Shown here: one piece after another, positions 1 to 9,914 of the stretch
Layout of the letters: the number at the start of each line of letters is the position of its first letter
Numbering within the stretch: the stretch's first letter is position 1
NCBI GenBank assembly: GCA_030433115.1
Contig: JAUILH010000006.1
Location: 1,691-65,690, forward strand
DNA: 64,000 bases
Source: Bacteroidia bacterium
GTDB lineage: Bacteria > Bacteroidota > Bacteroidia > Flavobacteriales_D > JAUILH01
Direction of reading: 5' to 3'
The notes under the pieces: model-generated
The model's database searches: none
What the model saw: the letters and a program-made list of their open reading frames with translations, nothing else
What the model was told of the DNA's origin: nothing
Translations under genes and position numbers: made by a program

Positions 1-239
1 ATGTATTTATGCCGGAGCGATTTGAATATGAAAAAGAGTATCACAAGTTTCAATACTTTCCGTTCGGAGGAGGTCCAAGATTTTGTATTGGAAACAACTT
101 TGCTCAACTTGAAATGCAAATTATCCTGAGTCAATTTTTAAGACAGTTCGAATATGATTGTTCTAAGGAGATCGAGAAAGAACCGATGATTACATTAAGA
201 CCAAAAGGTGGACTTTCGGCTCAACTTACTCAGCGATGA
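1..239 (+). CDS. Cytochrome P450, C-terminal fragment (5' end outside the window)
   Basis: ORF 9..239 carries the haem-thiolate loop FPFGGGPRFCIGNNFA (FxxGxRxCxG). The frame is open to the window edge. Confidence 0.8.
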   Translation, partial: VFMPERFEYEKEYHKFQYFPFGGGPRFCIGNNFAQLEMQIILSQFLRQFEYDCSKEIEKEPMITLRPKGGLSAQLTQR

Positions 240-1476
240 GTTCCTCAACAATATTGTAAAATTCCTTAACCGTTTCCTGGTATTTCTCGCCAGTTCCAGG
301 ACCATAGAAACCAGTATGAATTTTTCTGACGACTCCTTTTTTATCAATGAATATGGTGGTTGGAAAAGACATGATGTGATTCAACATAGGTAGTTTTTTG
401 TTGGCCTCAGATTTGCCACTAAGTCCTGCATGAAGAAACGTGTAGTCTGCATTAAGGTGGTCTTTCAACCTCTTAACATTGCTCATAGCAACACTATGTA
501 TATCTGATCTTTCAAAACAAAGCGCCACTATTTCCAAATCGTTTTTAGGCTTTTTTTGTCTCATTTCTGTGAGCAAACGTGTTTCGTCCAGGCAGTTAGG
601 ACACCAAGATCCCATGATTTGAATGATAGTGACCTTGTCATTAAATTGCTCTGATGGATAGGTCACCATCTTATTATCAATGTCTGGAAACGAGAATTCA
701 ATACCCTCGTACCCCTCTTTTATATAGGTTAATGAATATGGATTTCTCAATTTAAAATCGGGGTTAATATTGGCTACCCAGGGCTCCCTCCAGTGCGTAC
801 CAGATTTAAAATACGCTTCATCAATTTTATCCTCTGAGGCAATATGTGCTTTGAAAAGAAAGGCATGTGACCCATCAAAACAACTTAAAATTAGGGTGTC
901 ATTACAAAAACTACCAGCCAAGTAACGAAAATCTCCGGTTTCTGTTAAAAAGGTACCGTGCACTGCATCTCCAACGGAGTGAAATAAGCCAATGGCATCA
1001 CTCACATCTTCACTATCCGGAGAAAAATGAACCTCCCAATTGTCTCCATTATTTAATGGGAACTTGTCGGGTTTACAAGCATAACGTTTTTTGTCAGTCC
1101 TTTCAGCAGAAAATCGAATTTTATAGTCTTTGTGCTTTGCGTAATTGTACCAGTAACCTTCAATGTTTTTCTCAGAATTCACTTTTCCCTTGAACTCAGA
1201 ATCAAAAACCGGCAACATCATGAAAATAGAATCGCCTTTGTATTTTATCTCATCAACCACGATTCTCTCTTCTGCATTCATGATCACACCATGATGAGTG
1301 TCTTTGAATTCAAACTCAAACTCCAACATGTCGCCATCACCCAGGTCCATTGAAAAGAGCCAGGTACCGGCTTCCGGAGTCGAAATATTTTGGCTTAATT
1401 TGTCGGTTGTTGGCTTCTTGACCTCACACGAAATCAGTGCCAAAGAAAAAATAAGCAGGCTTAAAAGTTGTTTCAT
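226..1476 (-). CDS. TlpA/AhpC-like thioredoxin-fold lipoprotein (thiol-disulfide oxidoreductase) with a long N-terminal extra domain
   Basis: Lipoprotein signal MKQLLSLLIFSLALISC. The C-terminal domain has the WCPNC redox motif in a TlpA-like context (IIQIMGSWCPNCLDE). Confidence 0.8.
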   Translation of the reverse strand: MKQLLSLLIFSLALISCEVKKPTTDKLSQNISTPEAGTWLFSMDLGDGDMLEFEFEFKDTHHGVIMNAEERIVVDEIKYKGDSIFMMLPVFDSEFKGKVNSEKNIEGYWYNYAKHKDYKIRFSAERTDKKRYACKPDKFPLNNGDNWEVHFSPDSEDVSDAIGLFHSVGDAVHGTFLTETGDFRYLAGSFCNDTLILSCFDGSHAFLFKAHIASEDKIDEAYFKSGTHWREPWVANINPDFKLRNPYSLTYIKEGYEGIEFSFPDIDNKMVTYPSEQFNDKVTIIQIMGSWCPNCLDETRLLTEMRQKKPKNDLEIVALCFERSDIHSVAMSNVKRLKDHLNADYTFLHAGLSGKSEANKKLPMLNHIMSFPTTIFIDKKGVVRKIHTGFYGPGTGEKYQETVKEFYNIVEELIAE

Positions 1477-1606
1477 AAAGTAGTAGTATCACCAAAGTAC
1501 AACATTTAGCCGTATTTTGATGTCTACAAATGTAGGTAATAAAGAAAATTAGTCCAGATGCAACTTTTTGTGCAAACTTGTAGTCTTAACTCCGAACCTG
1601 TGACAT

Positions 1607-2140
1607 ATGACAGATGAGCAACTGATTAAATCGAGTATAAAAGGAGATAGAGTTGCGCAGAAAAAGTTGTATGAGAAGTATGCGGGCAAAATGATGGGTG
1701 TGTGCATGAGATATGTGGATAACCAGGATGATGCCAGTGATGTTTTGCAAGATGGGTTCATAAAGATCTTTGAAAAACTGGGCTCTTATAAGCATCAAGG
1801 TTCTTTTGAAGGGTGGATCAGGCGAATATTTGTAAACACAGCGCTAGATCACTTGAGAAGGAATAAAAACATGAAGTATGCTGTGGAGTTAGATGGGGCT
1901 GAATACCTGGCACCTCAAATGGAGAATGTATTGAGCGGATTGGCAGCAGATGATCTATTGCAAATCCTTAATAAAATACCTTCTGGATATAGAACGGTAT
2001 TTAACATGTACGCCATTGAAGGATATAGTCATAAAGAAATAGCTGACGCTTTGGACATTTCTGTCAACACATCTAAATCACAATATTCGAGAGCAAAAAG
2101 TTTTTTGAGGAAAATAGTGGAGCAACACGATTTAAGGTAA
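1607..2140 (+). CDS. ECF (sigma-70 family, group IV) RNA polymerase sigma factor
   Basis: 177 aa with region-2-like DASDVLQDGFIKIF and a region-4 HTH (GYSHKEIADALDISVNTSKSQYSRAK). Confidence 0.9.
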   Translation: MTDEQLIKSSIKGDRVAQKKLYEKYAGKMMGVCMRYVDNQDDASDVLQDGFIKIFEKLGSYKHQGSFEGWIRRIFVNTALDHLRRNKNMKYAVELDGAEYLAPQMENVLSGLAADDLLQILNKIPSGYRTVFNMYAIEGYSHKEIADALDISVNTSKSQYSRAKSFLRKIVEQHDLR

Positions 2141-3316
2141 TTGGGGAAAAAAGACAACATAGAAGAAATTTTTAAGGACGCATTTGAGTCGTTTGAAGCG
2201 CCTGTAGACCCATCTGTTTGGGCTGGGGTGCAATCAGGAATGTCCGCCGGTGCGGGATCGGCTGGTGCTGGTGCTACCGGAGCGAGCTTAACGGCAAAAA
2301 TTATTGGCTTCACAGTTGCTGCTGCAGTTACCACAGCTGTGGTAGTTGGTATTTATCAGTACACGTCTACGGATGATGAACCAAAACATACTGAGGAAAC
2401 CAAAAAAGAATTGGTGGAGCATACAACAAATCCGGACGTGGATTCCAAGAAGCCTTTGATTGTTGAAGACCAAATCTCAGATAGAGAAATTGATCAAAAA
2501 GAGCCAAAACCGACTTCAAGTCAAGATCAACCAGACACAACTAAACCAGAAGAAACTAAAACAAGCTCTTCTAATGTGCCTGTTAACTCGCCAGATGAAC
2601 AAACGGATTCAAACGTGTCAGACAATAACTCAAACACGTCTTCTGACGACAAAGTAGCAGACAAGCCTGACAAATCCGATAAACCAGACAAAGCGAACAA
2701 TAAGCCTCCTGTGAAATCCGCTGATAAACCGGAAAAGACACCGTTGAAAATAACAGCGCGTATTGAAAACGCAAGAGGAGCCGCTCCGTTGAAGGTTAAT
2801 ATGGTGGGAGAAACAAATGGAAAGGACCTGGTTTGGTGGGTGAATTACAGTGAAGGAAAGCAAATTCTGGAAGGGAATGAGCAGTCGTTTACTTTCAATG
2901 AACCTGGAAATTATCTGATTTCGGTTATTGGTACCAATGAAGCGGGAGAAAAAGAAAAACAAGAGTTTGTGGTTGAGGTTGAGCCGAATGTGGAAATTTC
3001 CTTGAAGCTGGAACCAGCTCTATTGGGAAGAGATAAAGGTGTTATTTTGACACCAGGAGGCTTTGATAACCAGGCATTGAAATTCATCATTGAAAATGAA
3101 GACCAGTTTGCCTTTTTCAAAATGGCCATTGTAGATGCGAATACTCAAAAGATCGTTTTTGAAACTAGCGATATCTCTCAAAGAAACTGGAACGGAACAA
3201 ATCAATACGGAGAACCCTTACCGGCAAGTCAGAACTATTACCTTACCATTTTTGCCGGGGATAAAGAGGGGAATACCATTGAGCCAATCAGAAAGCGATT
3301 GACCATCATACGTTAA
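2141..3316 (+). CDS. Putative anti-sigma-like membrane protein with a PKD-like domain and a CHU_C / T9SS type-B-like C-terminal domain
   Basis: TTG start immediately after the sigma stop. One TM segment (IIGFTVAAAVTTAVVVGIYQY) and a D/K/P/S-rich linker. PKD-like segment (FTFNEPGNYLISVIGTNEAGE). C-terminus LTPGGFDN..WNGTNQYGEPLP..YYLTIFAGD..RLTIIR resembles the gliding-motility C-terminal domain. Confidence 0.6.
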   Translation: MGKKDNIEEIFKDAFESFEAPVDPSVWAGVQSGMSAGAGSAGAGATGASLTAKIIGFTVAAAVTTAVVVGIYQYTSTDDEPKHTEETKKELVEHTTNPDVDSKKPLIVEDQISDREIDQKEPKPTSSQDQPDTTKPEETKTSSSNVPVNSPDEQTDSNVSDNNSNTSSDDKVADKPDKSDKPDKANNKPPVKSADKPEKTPLKITARIENARGAAPLKVNMVGETNGKDLVWWVNYSEGKQILEGNEQSFTFNEPGNYLISVIGTNEAGEKEKQEFVVEVEPNVEISLKLEPALLGRDKGVILTPGGFDNQALKFIIENEDQFAFFKMAIVDANTQKIVFETSDISQRNWNGTNQYGEPLPASQNYYLTIFAGDKEGNTIEPIRKRLTIIR

Positions 3317-6300
3317 TCGATCTTTACACCGATTACCAGAATATCATCTACTTGTTTTTGATCTCCTTGCCACGATTTAAGGGTGTCATTTAGTCTCTCG
3401 TGTTGCTCATCCATGCTCAAATGATTCACTTCCAATAACAGCTGTTTAAATCGTTTTCTGGTGAACTTTTTGTTTTTCGGTCCACCAAACTGATCCGTGT
3501 ACCCGTCCGAAAATACATACAAACTATCTCCATGCTCCAATTGAAACTCATGAGAGAAAAACCCTTTTTCATGGTCAGACGAGCCGCCAATGGATTCTTT
3601 AGTTGGTTCGTAAATCAACAACTCTCCGTTTCTAACTATATACAATGGGTTAAAGGCTCCGGCAAACTGACACATCATGCTATCTAAATGAACAGCACAC
3701 AAGGCAATGTCCATACCGTCTTTGGTACTGGCAACACCCTCTTCACTCTGATGCAGAGCTCTGATGATCATTTTGTCCAACTTTTCAAGGGCCTGATGAG
3801 GCGCATCAATGTTACTGTTGTTCACAATCTGGTGAAGGAATTCATTACCGATCATACTCATAAATGCCCCAGGAACGCCATGTCCCGTACAATCAGCAGC
3901 AGCAAAAATAAGGACCCCTCTAATGTGAGAAAACCAATAAAAATCACCACTAACAATGTCTCTGGGCTTATACAAGACAAACGATGATCTAAAATAAGAT
4001 TGCATGATACCAATATCTGGTAATACAGCGCGTTGAATTTGCTTGGCGTAAACAATGCTGTCCGTTAAATCCTTATTGGTTTGCATGAGTCGTGTGGCGA
4101 TCTGTTTTCTTTCAGTAATGTCTGTATAAACCACTACTATGTGTCTCAAAATACCATCTTGATAAACAGGCGTTAGTGAGGCTGTGGTCCACATGACGCC
4201 CCCATCTTTCTTATTGTGAAAGGAGTCATAAAAAATGGTTTTTGAACTCACGTGGAAATTCTGCACAATTTCTTCAATATTCTTATTGGAACTGAGGTTT
4301 TGAATGGTATGCGCTTCCTTTATGATCATTCCGAACTCATCACTCGTATATCCGGAATTTCTAACCATTCCAAAATTGTAATACTCAATTACACCAAATT
4401 CATCTGTAATGATCACCGCCTCATTCATCCTTTCGGCCACCATCGACAGTTTTTCAAGCTCCTTATTCTTTTCCTGAAGCTCGTCTTCAAACGTCTTTCT
4501 ATCGGTGATGTCTGTGTACACCCCAATGATGTTTTTGAGCTTACCTTTTTTATTGTATATGGGTGTTAAAGTGCCGCCGGTCCAGCGCTTGTTTCCTGTT
4601 TTACTGATGTGCAAACTGTCGTATCTGAAAGGCCTGTCTACTTCATGAAAACCCGCAATAACAGCAGGCAATTCTTCATATGAGCTGAGGTCTTTTAAAT
4701 TTTTAATTTGTCCATATTTAGACGCTTTAAATTCTTCTAAGGTCTCATACCCGGCCATTTCATGAAAAGACCGGTTATACCACTCAATGTTTCCATGTGC
4801 ATCACAAATCAAAACAGCATCATAAATTTCTCTTGCAACAATGGAGAGCCTTTCCAGGTCCTTATTGTTCTTTTGAAGCTCAAAGGTTCGCTGCCTGATG
4901 AGTTCCTCCAAACGTCTTTTCGATCTTGATAGTCGCCGGGTTCTCCACAACAGTAATAGGTAAATTATAATGATGGAAAGCGGAATGATAATGGCATAAA
5001 ACCAGGTTTTTTTCCAGAAGGGTCCTTCTATTTCGAAGGCGTAAGTTCTTTCATTGCTCCAATTCCCGTATGCATCACGACAGCGCACTTTGAAGGTATA
5101 TTTTCCCGGTGGTAGGTAAGGGTAAGAAGCAGAGGATTCTTTGGTTTCCGGAGACCAGTCGCTGTCATAACCTTCTAACATGAACTGATACACGACTCCA
5201 TCTGCATTCTGGAAGTCAATTCCAGTGAAATCAAAGGAAATGTGATTGTGCTCATGGTTGAAAACAGGATCAACAGGTAAGCCATTCTTTTCTTTAAGGT
5301 CAGGATACTCTTTTCGCCAATTTACGGCTCCGTACTGAATTCTGAGATTACTCAACAACATAAATGGTGCAGTTGTCTTTGGAATGTCATTCTCCTGAAC
5401 GTAGCGGTAGGCTCCTTTGATACTGCCAAACCAAACACTACCGTCTTTACTTACCATGAACGCTTTATCATTGGTTTCTACACCACCAAAACCATCTGCC
5501 TTGGAAAAAGCCCGTTTAGAGTTAATAGTCCCATTTGGGTTGAGCACAATTTTGTCCAGACCAGATTGATGTCCCACCCAAAGGAAACCATCCACAAACC
5601 TCACGAAATAAGGGCTGTTATTGCTTAAGCCAGTCGATTTATCCAAAAGAATGGTTGGACCGTCTTTTCTCAATACAGAAATTCCTGACTGATGAAGCAC
5701 AAAGTGGTTGCCCTGATCGTCTTGCGTTATATCGCGAAAAGAACCGGTCTTTTCTGGTAGAGAATACTCATGAGACCGTTCACCATCATAACTAATTACC
5801 TGGTCCTCTGTTAAAAACCACATCACTCCATCCCGATCTTCGTAAATGTAATTGATCGTGACATCACCCAACACCTCAGGAAGTAAAGTATAAACAGTAT
5901 CCTCTTTTAAAACCTCAACACCCATATCTGTTGACAGCCACATTTCTCCCGGACTGGCTTCATAAACGGAATAGACCTCATGATCGTTAAACTGAACTGG
6001 GGTATAAATTGAATCTCCTTGATTGGTATATACAATGACACCATCGATGGTTGTGACCCACATGTTCCCGGCGTGGTCTTCAAGTAAAGAGGTAACGTAA
6101 TTGTGAGGTAATCCTGTGTCTTCTGTGAAAGATTCAATCTGGCCGTCCGGTCCCATTCTATCCAAACCTTTTTCCGAGCCAAACCACATATTCCCGAATC
6201 GGTCTTCCTCTAAACACATGATTTGGTTGCTCGATAAACCAACTTTTTTGTTGTAAGAGGTAAAAGCAAAGCCATGAAACAGAGAAAACCCTGTTCCGTC

Positions 6301-7224
6301 GGTGCCCACCCACATGTTCCCATTATTGTCTCTATAGAGGTCATAAATGTAGTTCGTATTGAGTCCGTTCTCATCATTAATGACATGTACCATATCATTT
6401 TGGTAGACATAAATGCCCTCTTCTTCTGTAGCAACCCAAATGCTGCTTCCCTGACCTTCTTCAATGTCTATAATACCGACTGTGTTGAGGCTGGAATCAA
6501 TAAAATCAGGTCTTTTAAAAATATCTTCATCCAACTGCCAAACCCCTTGATCAGATGCACAAAAAAACCGGTTTTGACCATCCAGTAAGAAAGCGTTAAC
6601 CAACTTGGCGTCAAAATGAGAAACTCCGGTCACGTTTTTCGCTTTGTGATTTTTAATACGTGCAACGCCATGCCCATACGACCCGACCCAGATATTTCCG
6701 TCGGCGTCCTCTCCAATCGCATTAACCTTACTAAACCCCAAACCATCATTAATGCCATAATGCGTGAAGTTTTTACCGTTGAACATGTACAAACCATGGT
6801 CTTCCGTACCAACCCAAATATTGTTCAACCGGTCTTCAAATACGCACCAAACAGGGCTATTAGTAAAACCGTCTTGTTCGGTAAACTGTTTGAGTACATT
6901 GTTTTTCGATTGAAATAACCCTGTTTCTGAAGCAATCCACAGCGAACCATCTGACGCGTTGATGATCTTCCAAACTGTGAGACTTGAAAACTCTTTTCCA
7001 TGAAAACCGTCGAACTGCCTCCCATCAAACACATTGATGCCGCCACTTTGTGTTCCAATATAAATGAGCCCATCATTCGCATGAGCCATACTTAGAACCT
7101 GAGACTGACTTAGCCCATCTTCCGTACTGTAGTGCCTGAAGTGATAATTTTGAGTGAACCCGTGAAAGGCAAAGCCAACAAAAAGCAAGACGAGTATGTG
7201 GGACAGGCGCTTCACAAATAGCAA
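3313..7224 (-). CDS. Membrane sensor: periplasmic two-component-regulator propeller repeats + Y_Y_Y domain, TM, 2x PAS, C-terminal PP2C/SpoIIE phosphatase
   Basis: Repeated ..G.LW(V/I)GT..GL.. propeller motifs; Y_Y_Y-like YQFMLEGYDSDWS..GKYTFKVR; TM segment WFYAIIIPLSIIIIYLLLLW. Two PAS/PAC blocks ending DITDRK / DITERK. SpoIIE-like end (GDFYWF.., DCTGHGVPGA, SDGYTDQFGG). The start may be GTG at 7215 rather than TTG at 7224. Confidence 0.85.
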   Translation of the reverse strand: MLFVKRLSHILVLLFVGFAFHGFTQNYHFRHYSTEDGLSQSQVLSMAHANDGLIYIGTQSGGINVFDGRQFDGFHGKEFSSLTVWKIINASDGSLWIASETGLFQSKNNVLKQFTEQDGFTNSPVWCVFEDRLNNIWVGTEDHGLYMFNGKNFTHYGINDGLGFSKVNAIGEDADGNIWVGSYGHGVARIKNHKAKNVTGVSHFDAKLVNAFLLDGQNRFFCASDQGVWQLDEDIFKRPDFIDSSLNTVGIIDIEEGQGSSIWVATEEEGIYVYQNDMVHVINDENGLNTNYIYDLYRDNNGNMWVGTDGTGFSLFHGFAFTSYNKKVGLSSNQIMCLEEDRFGNMWFGSEKGLDRMGPDGQIESFTEDTGLPHNYVTSLLEDHAGNMWVTTIDGVIVYTNQGDSIYTPVQFNDHEVYSVYEASPGEMWLSTDMGVEVLKEDTVYTLLPEVLGDVTINYIYEDRDGVMWFLTEDQVISYDGERSHEYSLPEKTGSFRDITQDDQGNHFVLHQSGISVLRKDGPTILLDKSTGLSNNSPYFVRFVDGFLWVGHQSGLDKIVLNPNGTINSKRAFSKADGFGGVETNDKAFMVSKDGSVWFGSIKGAYRYVQENDIPKTTAPFMLLSNLRIQYGAVNWRKEYPDLKEKNGLPVDPVFNHEHNHISFDFTGIDFQNADGVVYQFMLEGYDSDWSPETKESSASYPYLPPGKYTFKVRCRDAYGNWSNERTYAFEIEGPFWKKTWFYAIIIPLSIIIIYLLLLWRTRRLSRSKRRLEELIRQRTFELQKNNKDLERLSIVAREIYDAVLICDAHGNIEWYNRSFHEMAGYETLEEFKASKYGQIKNLKDLSSYEELPAVIAGFHEVDRPFRYDSLHISKTGNKRWTGGTLTPIYNKKGKLKNIIGVYTDITDRKTFEDELQEKNKELEKLSMVAERMNEAVIITDEFGVIEYYNFGMVRNSGYTSDEFGMIIKEAHTIQNLSSNKNIEEIVQNFHVSSKTIFYDSFHNKKDGGVMWTTASLTPVYQDGILRHIVVVYTDITERKQIATRLMQTNKDLTDSIVYAKQIQRAVLPDIGIMQSYFRSSFVLYKPRDIVSGDFYWFSHIRGVLIFAAADCTGHGVPGAFMSMIGNEFLHQIVNNSNIDAPHQALEKLDKMIIRALHQSEEGVASTKDGMDIALCAVHLDSMMCQFAGAFNPLYIVRNGELLIYEPTKESIGGSSDHEKGFFSHEFQLEHGDSLYVFSDGYTDQFGGPKNKKFTRKRFKQLLLEVNHLSMDEQHERLNDTLKSWQGDQKQVDDILVIGVKID

Positions 7225-7233
7225 TATACCAAA

Positions 7234-7821
7234 TTATCTATACAAGACTTTGGTTTCCTGATTGGCGAGTTCAATCATAGGTTCATCAGACGCGTCATTT
7301 CCATAGCAGTAGATTTTATCAAAATCCTTCAAGTTATATGAGGCTTTGATGCGATTTACTTTCTCTTCTCCCTTGCAATTCTTTCCGATTAGTTTTCCGG
7401 AATATGTGTTGTTGACACGCTCTAGTTTTGACGAAACTAATTCGTAAGACCGCCCTTCGGACCAAGGCTTCAACCACAACTCACAACTCGCACTCACAAT
7501 AACAATTTGAGTGTTCTGTTTCTCGAGAAAAGCCAACTCCTGAGCAGCGGTTTTGTAAATACGGCCATCAAAAGATTTGGTCAATTCTTGTACAGCGAGC
7601 GCAATGCTTTTGTCATCAATACCATTCAAAATGTAAGACAAGAACTGTTCTTTCGCTTTTTGAGAAGGCCTTAAACCCAGCTTTTTCATGAAGATGTTAA
7701 AGCTGCATTTAAACAATGCCTTTTTAACAAAGGTGTCTCCCCTCAGAATTTTTGCAAACTCCAACATGGAATCCCCATCGTAGATCGTTCCGTCAAAATC
7801 GATAAACGCTATTGTTTTCAA
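7234..7821 (-). CDS. HAD-superfamily phosphatase (phosphoserine-phosphatase-like subfamily IB)
   Basis: N-terminal DxDxT motif (FIDFDGTIYD) and C-terminal GNDASD motif. There is a 4-nt overlap with the upstream gene. Confidence 0.75.
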   Translation of the reverse strand: MKTIAFIDFDGTIYDGDSMLEFAKILRGDTFVKKALFKCSFNIFMKKLGLRPSQKAKEQFLSYILNGIDDKSIALAVQELTKSFDGRIYKTAAQELAFLEKQNTQIVIVSASCELWLKPWSEGRSYELVSSKLERVNNTYSGKLIGKNCKGEEKVNRIKASYNLKDFDKIYCYGNDASDEPMIELANQETKVLYR

Positions 7822-9914
7822 AGAGACAGCTTTTTGAATATAAACTCAGGCACGTGTTTGATGACCCACATGATTGGTCTCCAAACAGCTTTAGTATATA
7901 CCACGCTCTTTTTTCTAAGATAGGCTTTATAACATGCTTTTGCCACATCTTCAGGCATGGCAGTTAATGGTCCTGGGGTTTTTAGGTCACCAATCATTTT
8001 GGTTTTGACGAATCCCGGTTTAATGGTTGACACATGCACACCATGCTTAATGCAGTGGTTTCTTAAACCGGATAAGTACGCCGTAAAACCTGCCTTTGCG
8101 CTACCATAAATGTAATTGCTGCCTCTTCCTCGGTCACCCGCAACAGAAGAAATTCCCAAAATACTGCCTTCTTTACGTTGCTTAAAGTCTTCGGCAATCA
8201 CATTCAGAATAGACACGGCTCCCGTATAGTTGGTTTGAATCGAACTCAGGGTTTCGTTGAGGTCTTGTCTGGCTTTGTCCTCATCCGGAAGCACACCAAA
8301 GGCTAAAATAACTACGTTGGGTTTTTGGGAGAGGTTTTGGTAAAATGTTTTGTGGCTTTCAAGGTCCCTGGCGTCAAAATAGATCAATTCTTTGTCACCA
8401 GAAATGTGCGCACTCCAGGTTTGCATGGTTTCCATGTTACGACTTGCCAGCGTGAGAGCATACCCTTTTTCAGCAAATAATTTGGCACAGGCCTGAGCCA
8501 TGTCTGAGTTGGCTCCCAGAATCAATACATTCTTCATAAATCGTTTTGATTGAGTGTGAGGCGCTTCTTTTTCCAGGAGTTTTAGCCGGAGTGCTAAGTC
8601 TGAATTGAAGACGCCTTTAGGGTTGTGTTTCGATAGGATTTCTTTAAAATCCGGAAGGTCAGGATAGGAGTTTTTGAAAGTCTCAGCGGACATTCTGGCG
8701 TCTTTGGCCAGATAAACCCTTCCACCCATATTTAAGACCAATTCATCCAATTCATCCAGAAGCTGATGTGTTTTAGAGTTCAGTTTGATGTCCAACGCCA
8801 GGTTAAGTCCGGCCATCGGGAAAGCGAGATAGTTTTTCGAGCGCTCCGGGCCAAACATCTTTAACACAGACAGAAAACTGGCGGTTCCGGAAGCCGCGAT
8901 CTTATCTAGAATTATTCGCATCCCTTCAGCAGCATGTTCTGGCGGTAATACAAATTGGTATTGAACAAAGCCTTTTCTGCCATAAATTTTATTCCAATGG
9001 TGAATGCCATCTAGAGGGTAATAGTAAGGGTCATAATGAACAACGGCATCTTTTTCTTTAACCAATTGTTTATTGTAATACAGCCAATTGAAAATACGTA
9101 CGCTGAGTTTATTCAAAACAAAGGCAGGAAAAAAGAAGGGAATTGATAGTTTTCCGGCTTTGTGTAGTTTGAGAGGGCTTTTTTGCAGTTTTGGCTTGAG
9201 GTCGGACAAATTAGCGTGCTCACCCAGATATAAAACAGACCGCCCGAGTTGCTTTCCTTTTTTAAGACAATCAATCCACGCAACAGAATATGTATACTCA
9301 GTTGTGCGGTTCATTTGCTCTATAACTTCTTCAAGTGAACGGCACTTAATCGCCTTGAGTTTGATATAAGCTGTTTCAACTGGCTTTAAGCGTAAAAAGA
9401 CGTCCTGTATAAACCCAGTCAGTCCCATTCCTCCCATGGTCGACCAAAACAAGTCTGAATGCTCAGTTGATGAACAAAATACAGTTTCTCCACTGGCTAA
9501 AACCAAAGTAAAACCCTCTACCCATGAAGAAATATTGCCATCAACATGATGGTTCTTGCCATGAATATCTGCTGCAAGGGCCCCCGCCAAAGAAACAAAC
9601 TTGGTACCCGGTGTCACCGGTAAAAAGAACCCTTTTGGGATGCAATACTCCAGAATTTCTGATAGTAGCAAGCCGCTTTCGCAATGAAGTATTCCGGTTT
9701 CCGGATTTAAATCATGAATTTTTTTGAAGGCTGTGGCTTCCAGGCTTTGCTCATAGTTTGAAGCATCTCCATAACTCCTGCCATTTCCTCTGATGTTGAT
9801 GGAGTCCTGAGCATCTAAAAATGGTGTTAACTCCTCTTTTGTGCTGACTTTTTTATGCCAGGCTTTTTTCATAGGAAATAACCCCCATCCGGATATGTTC
9901 TTCTTATCCGCCAT
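7818..9914 (-). CDS. Fused FAD-dependent oxidase (DprE1-like) and short-chain dehydrogenase (DprE2-like): putative polyprenyl-phospho-ribose 2'-epimerase
   Basis: The N-terminal ~460 aa are an FAD-binding PCMH-type oxidase (GNGRSYGD, PGT..VSLAGALAADIHGKNHH). The C-terminal ~240 aa are an SDR (VLILGANSDMAQ Rossmann, YIYGSAKAG YxxxK). There is no stop between them. ATG at 9914 (MADKKNISGWG) is preferred over the ORF-track start at 9950. Confidence 0.75.
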   Translation of the reverse strand: MADKKNISGWGLFPMKKAWHKKVSTKEELTPFLDAQDSINIRGNGRSYGDASNYEQSLEATAFKKIHDLNPETGILHCESGLLLSEILEYCIPKGFFLPVTPGTKFVSLAGALAADIHGKNHHVDGNISSWVEGFTLVLASGETVFCSSTEHSDLFWSTMGGMGLTGFIQDVFLRLKPVETAYIKLKAIKCRSLEEVIEQMNRTTEYTYSVAWIDCLKKGKQLGRSVLYLGEHANLSDLKPKLQKSPLKLHKAGKLSIPFFFPAFVLNKLSVRIFNWLYYNKQLVKEKDAVVHYDPYYYPLDGIHHWNKIYGRKGFVQYQFVLPPEHAAEGMRIILDKIAASGTASFLSVLKMFGPERSKNYLAFPMAGLNLALDIKLNSKTHQLLDELDELVLNMGGRVYLAKDARMSAETFKNSYPDLPDFKEILSKHNPKGVFNSDLALRLKLLEKEAPHTQSKRFMKNVLILGANSDMAQACAKLFAEKGYALTLASRNMETMQTWSAHISGDKELIYFDARDLESHKTFYQNLSQKPNVVILAFGVLPDEDKARQDLNETLSSIQTNYTGAVSILNVIAEDFKQRKEGSILGISSVAGDRGRGSNYIYGSAKAGFTAYLSGLRNHCIKHGVHVSTIKPGFVKTKMIGDLKTPGPLTAMPEDVAKACYKAYLRKKSVVYTKAVWRPIMWVIKHVPEFIFKKLSL

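Noticed and set aside
208-393. 61-aa plus-strand ORF after the P450 fragment.
   Set aside because: It lies antisense to the 3' end of the well-supported TlpA-like gene and has no motif or RBS context.
1477-1606. Bacteroidota-type promoter (TTG / TAnnTTTG) upstream of the ECF sigma gene.
   Set aside because: Only partial matches (TATTTTG, CTTTTTG) are found, with no clear spacing to a -33 element. They cannot be placed reliably without TSS data.
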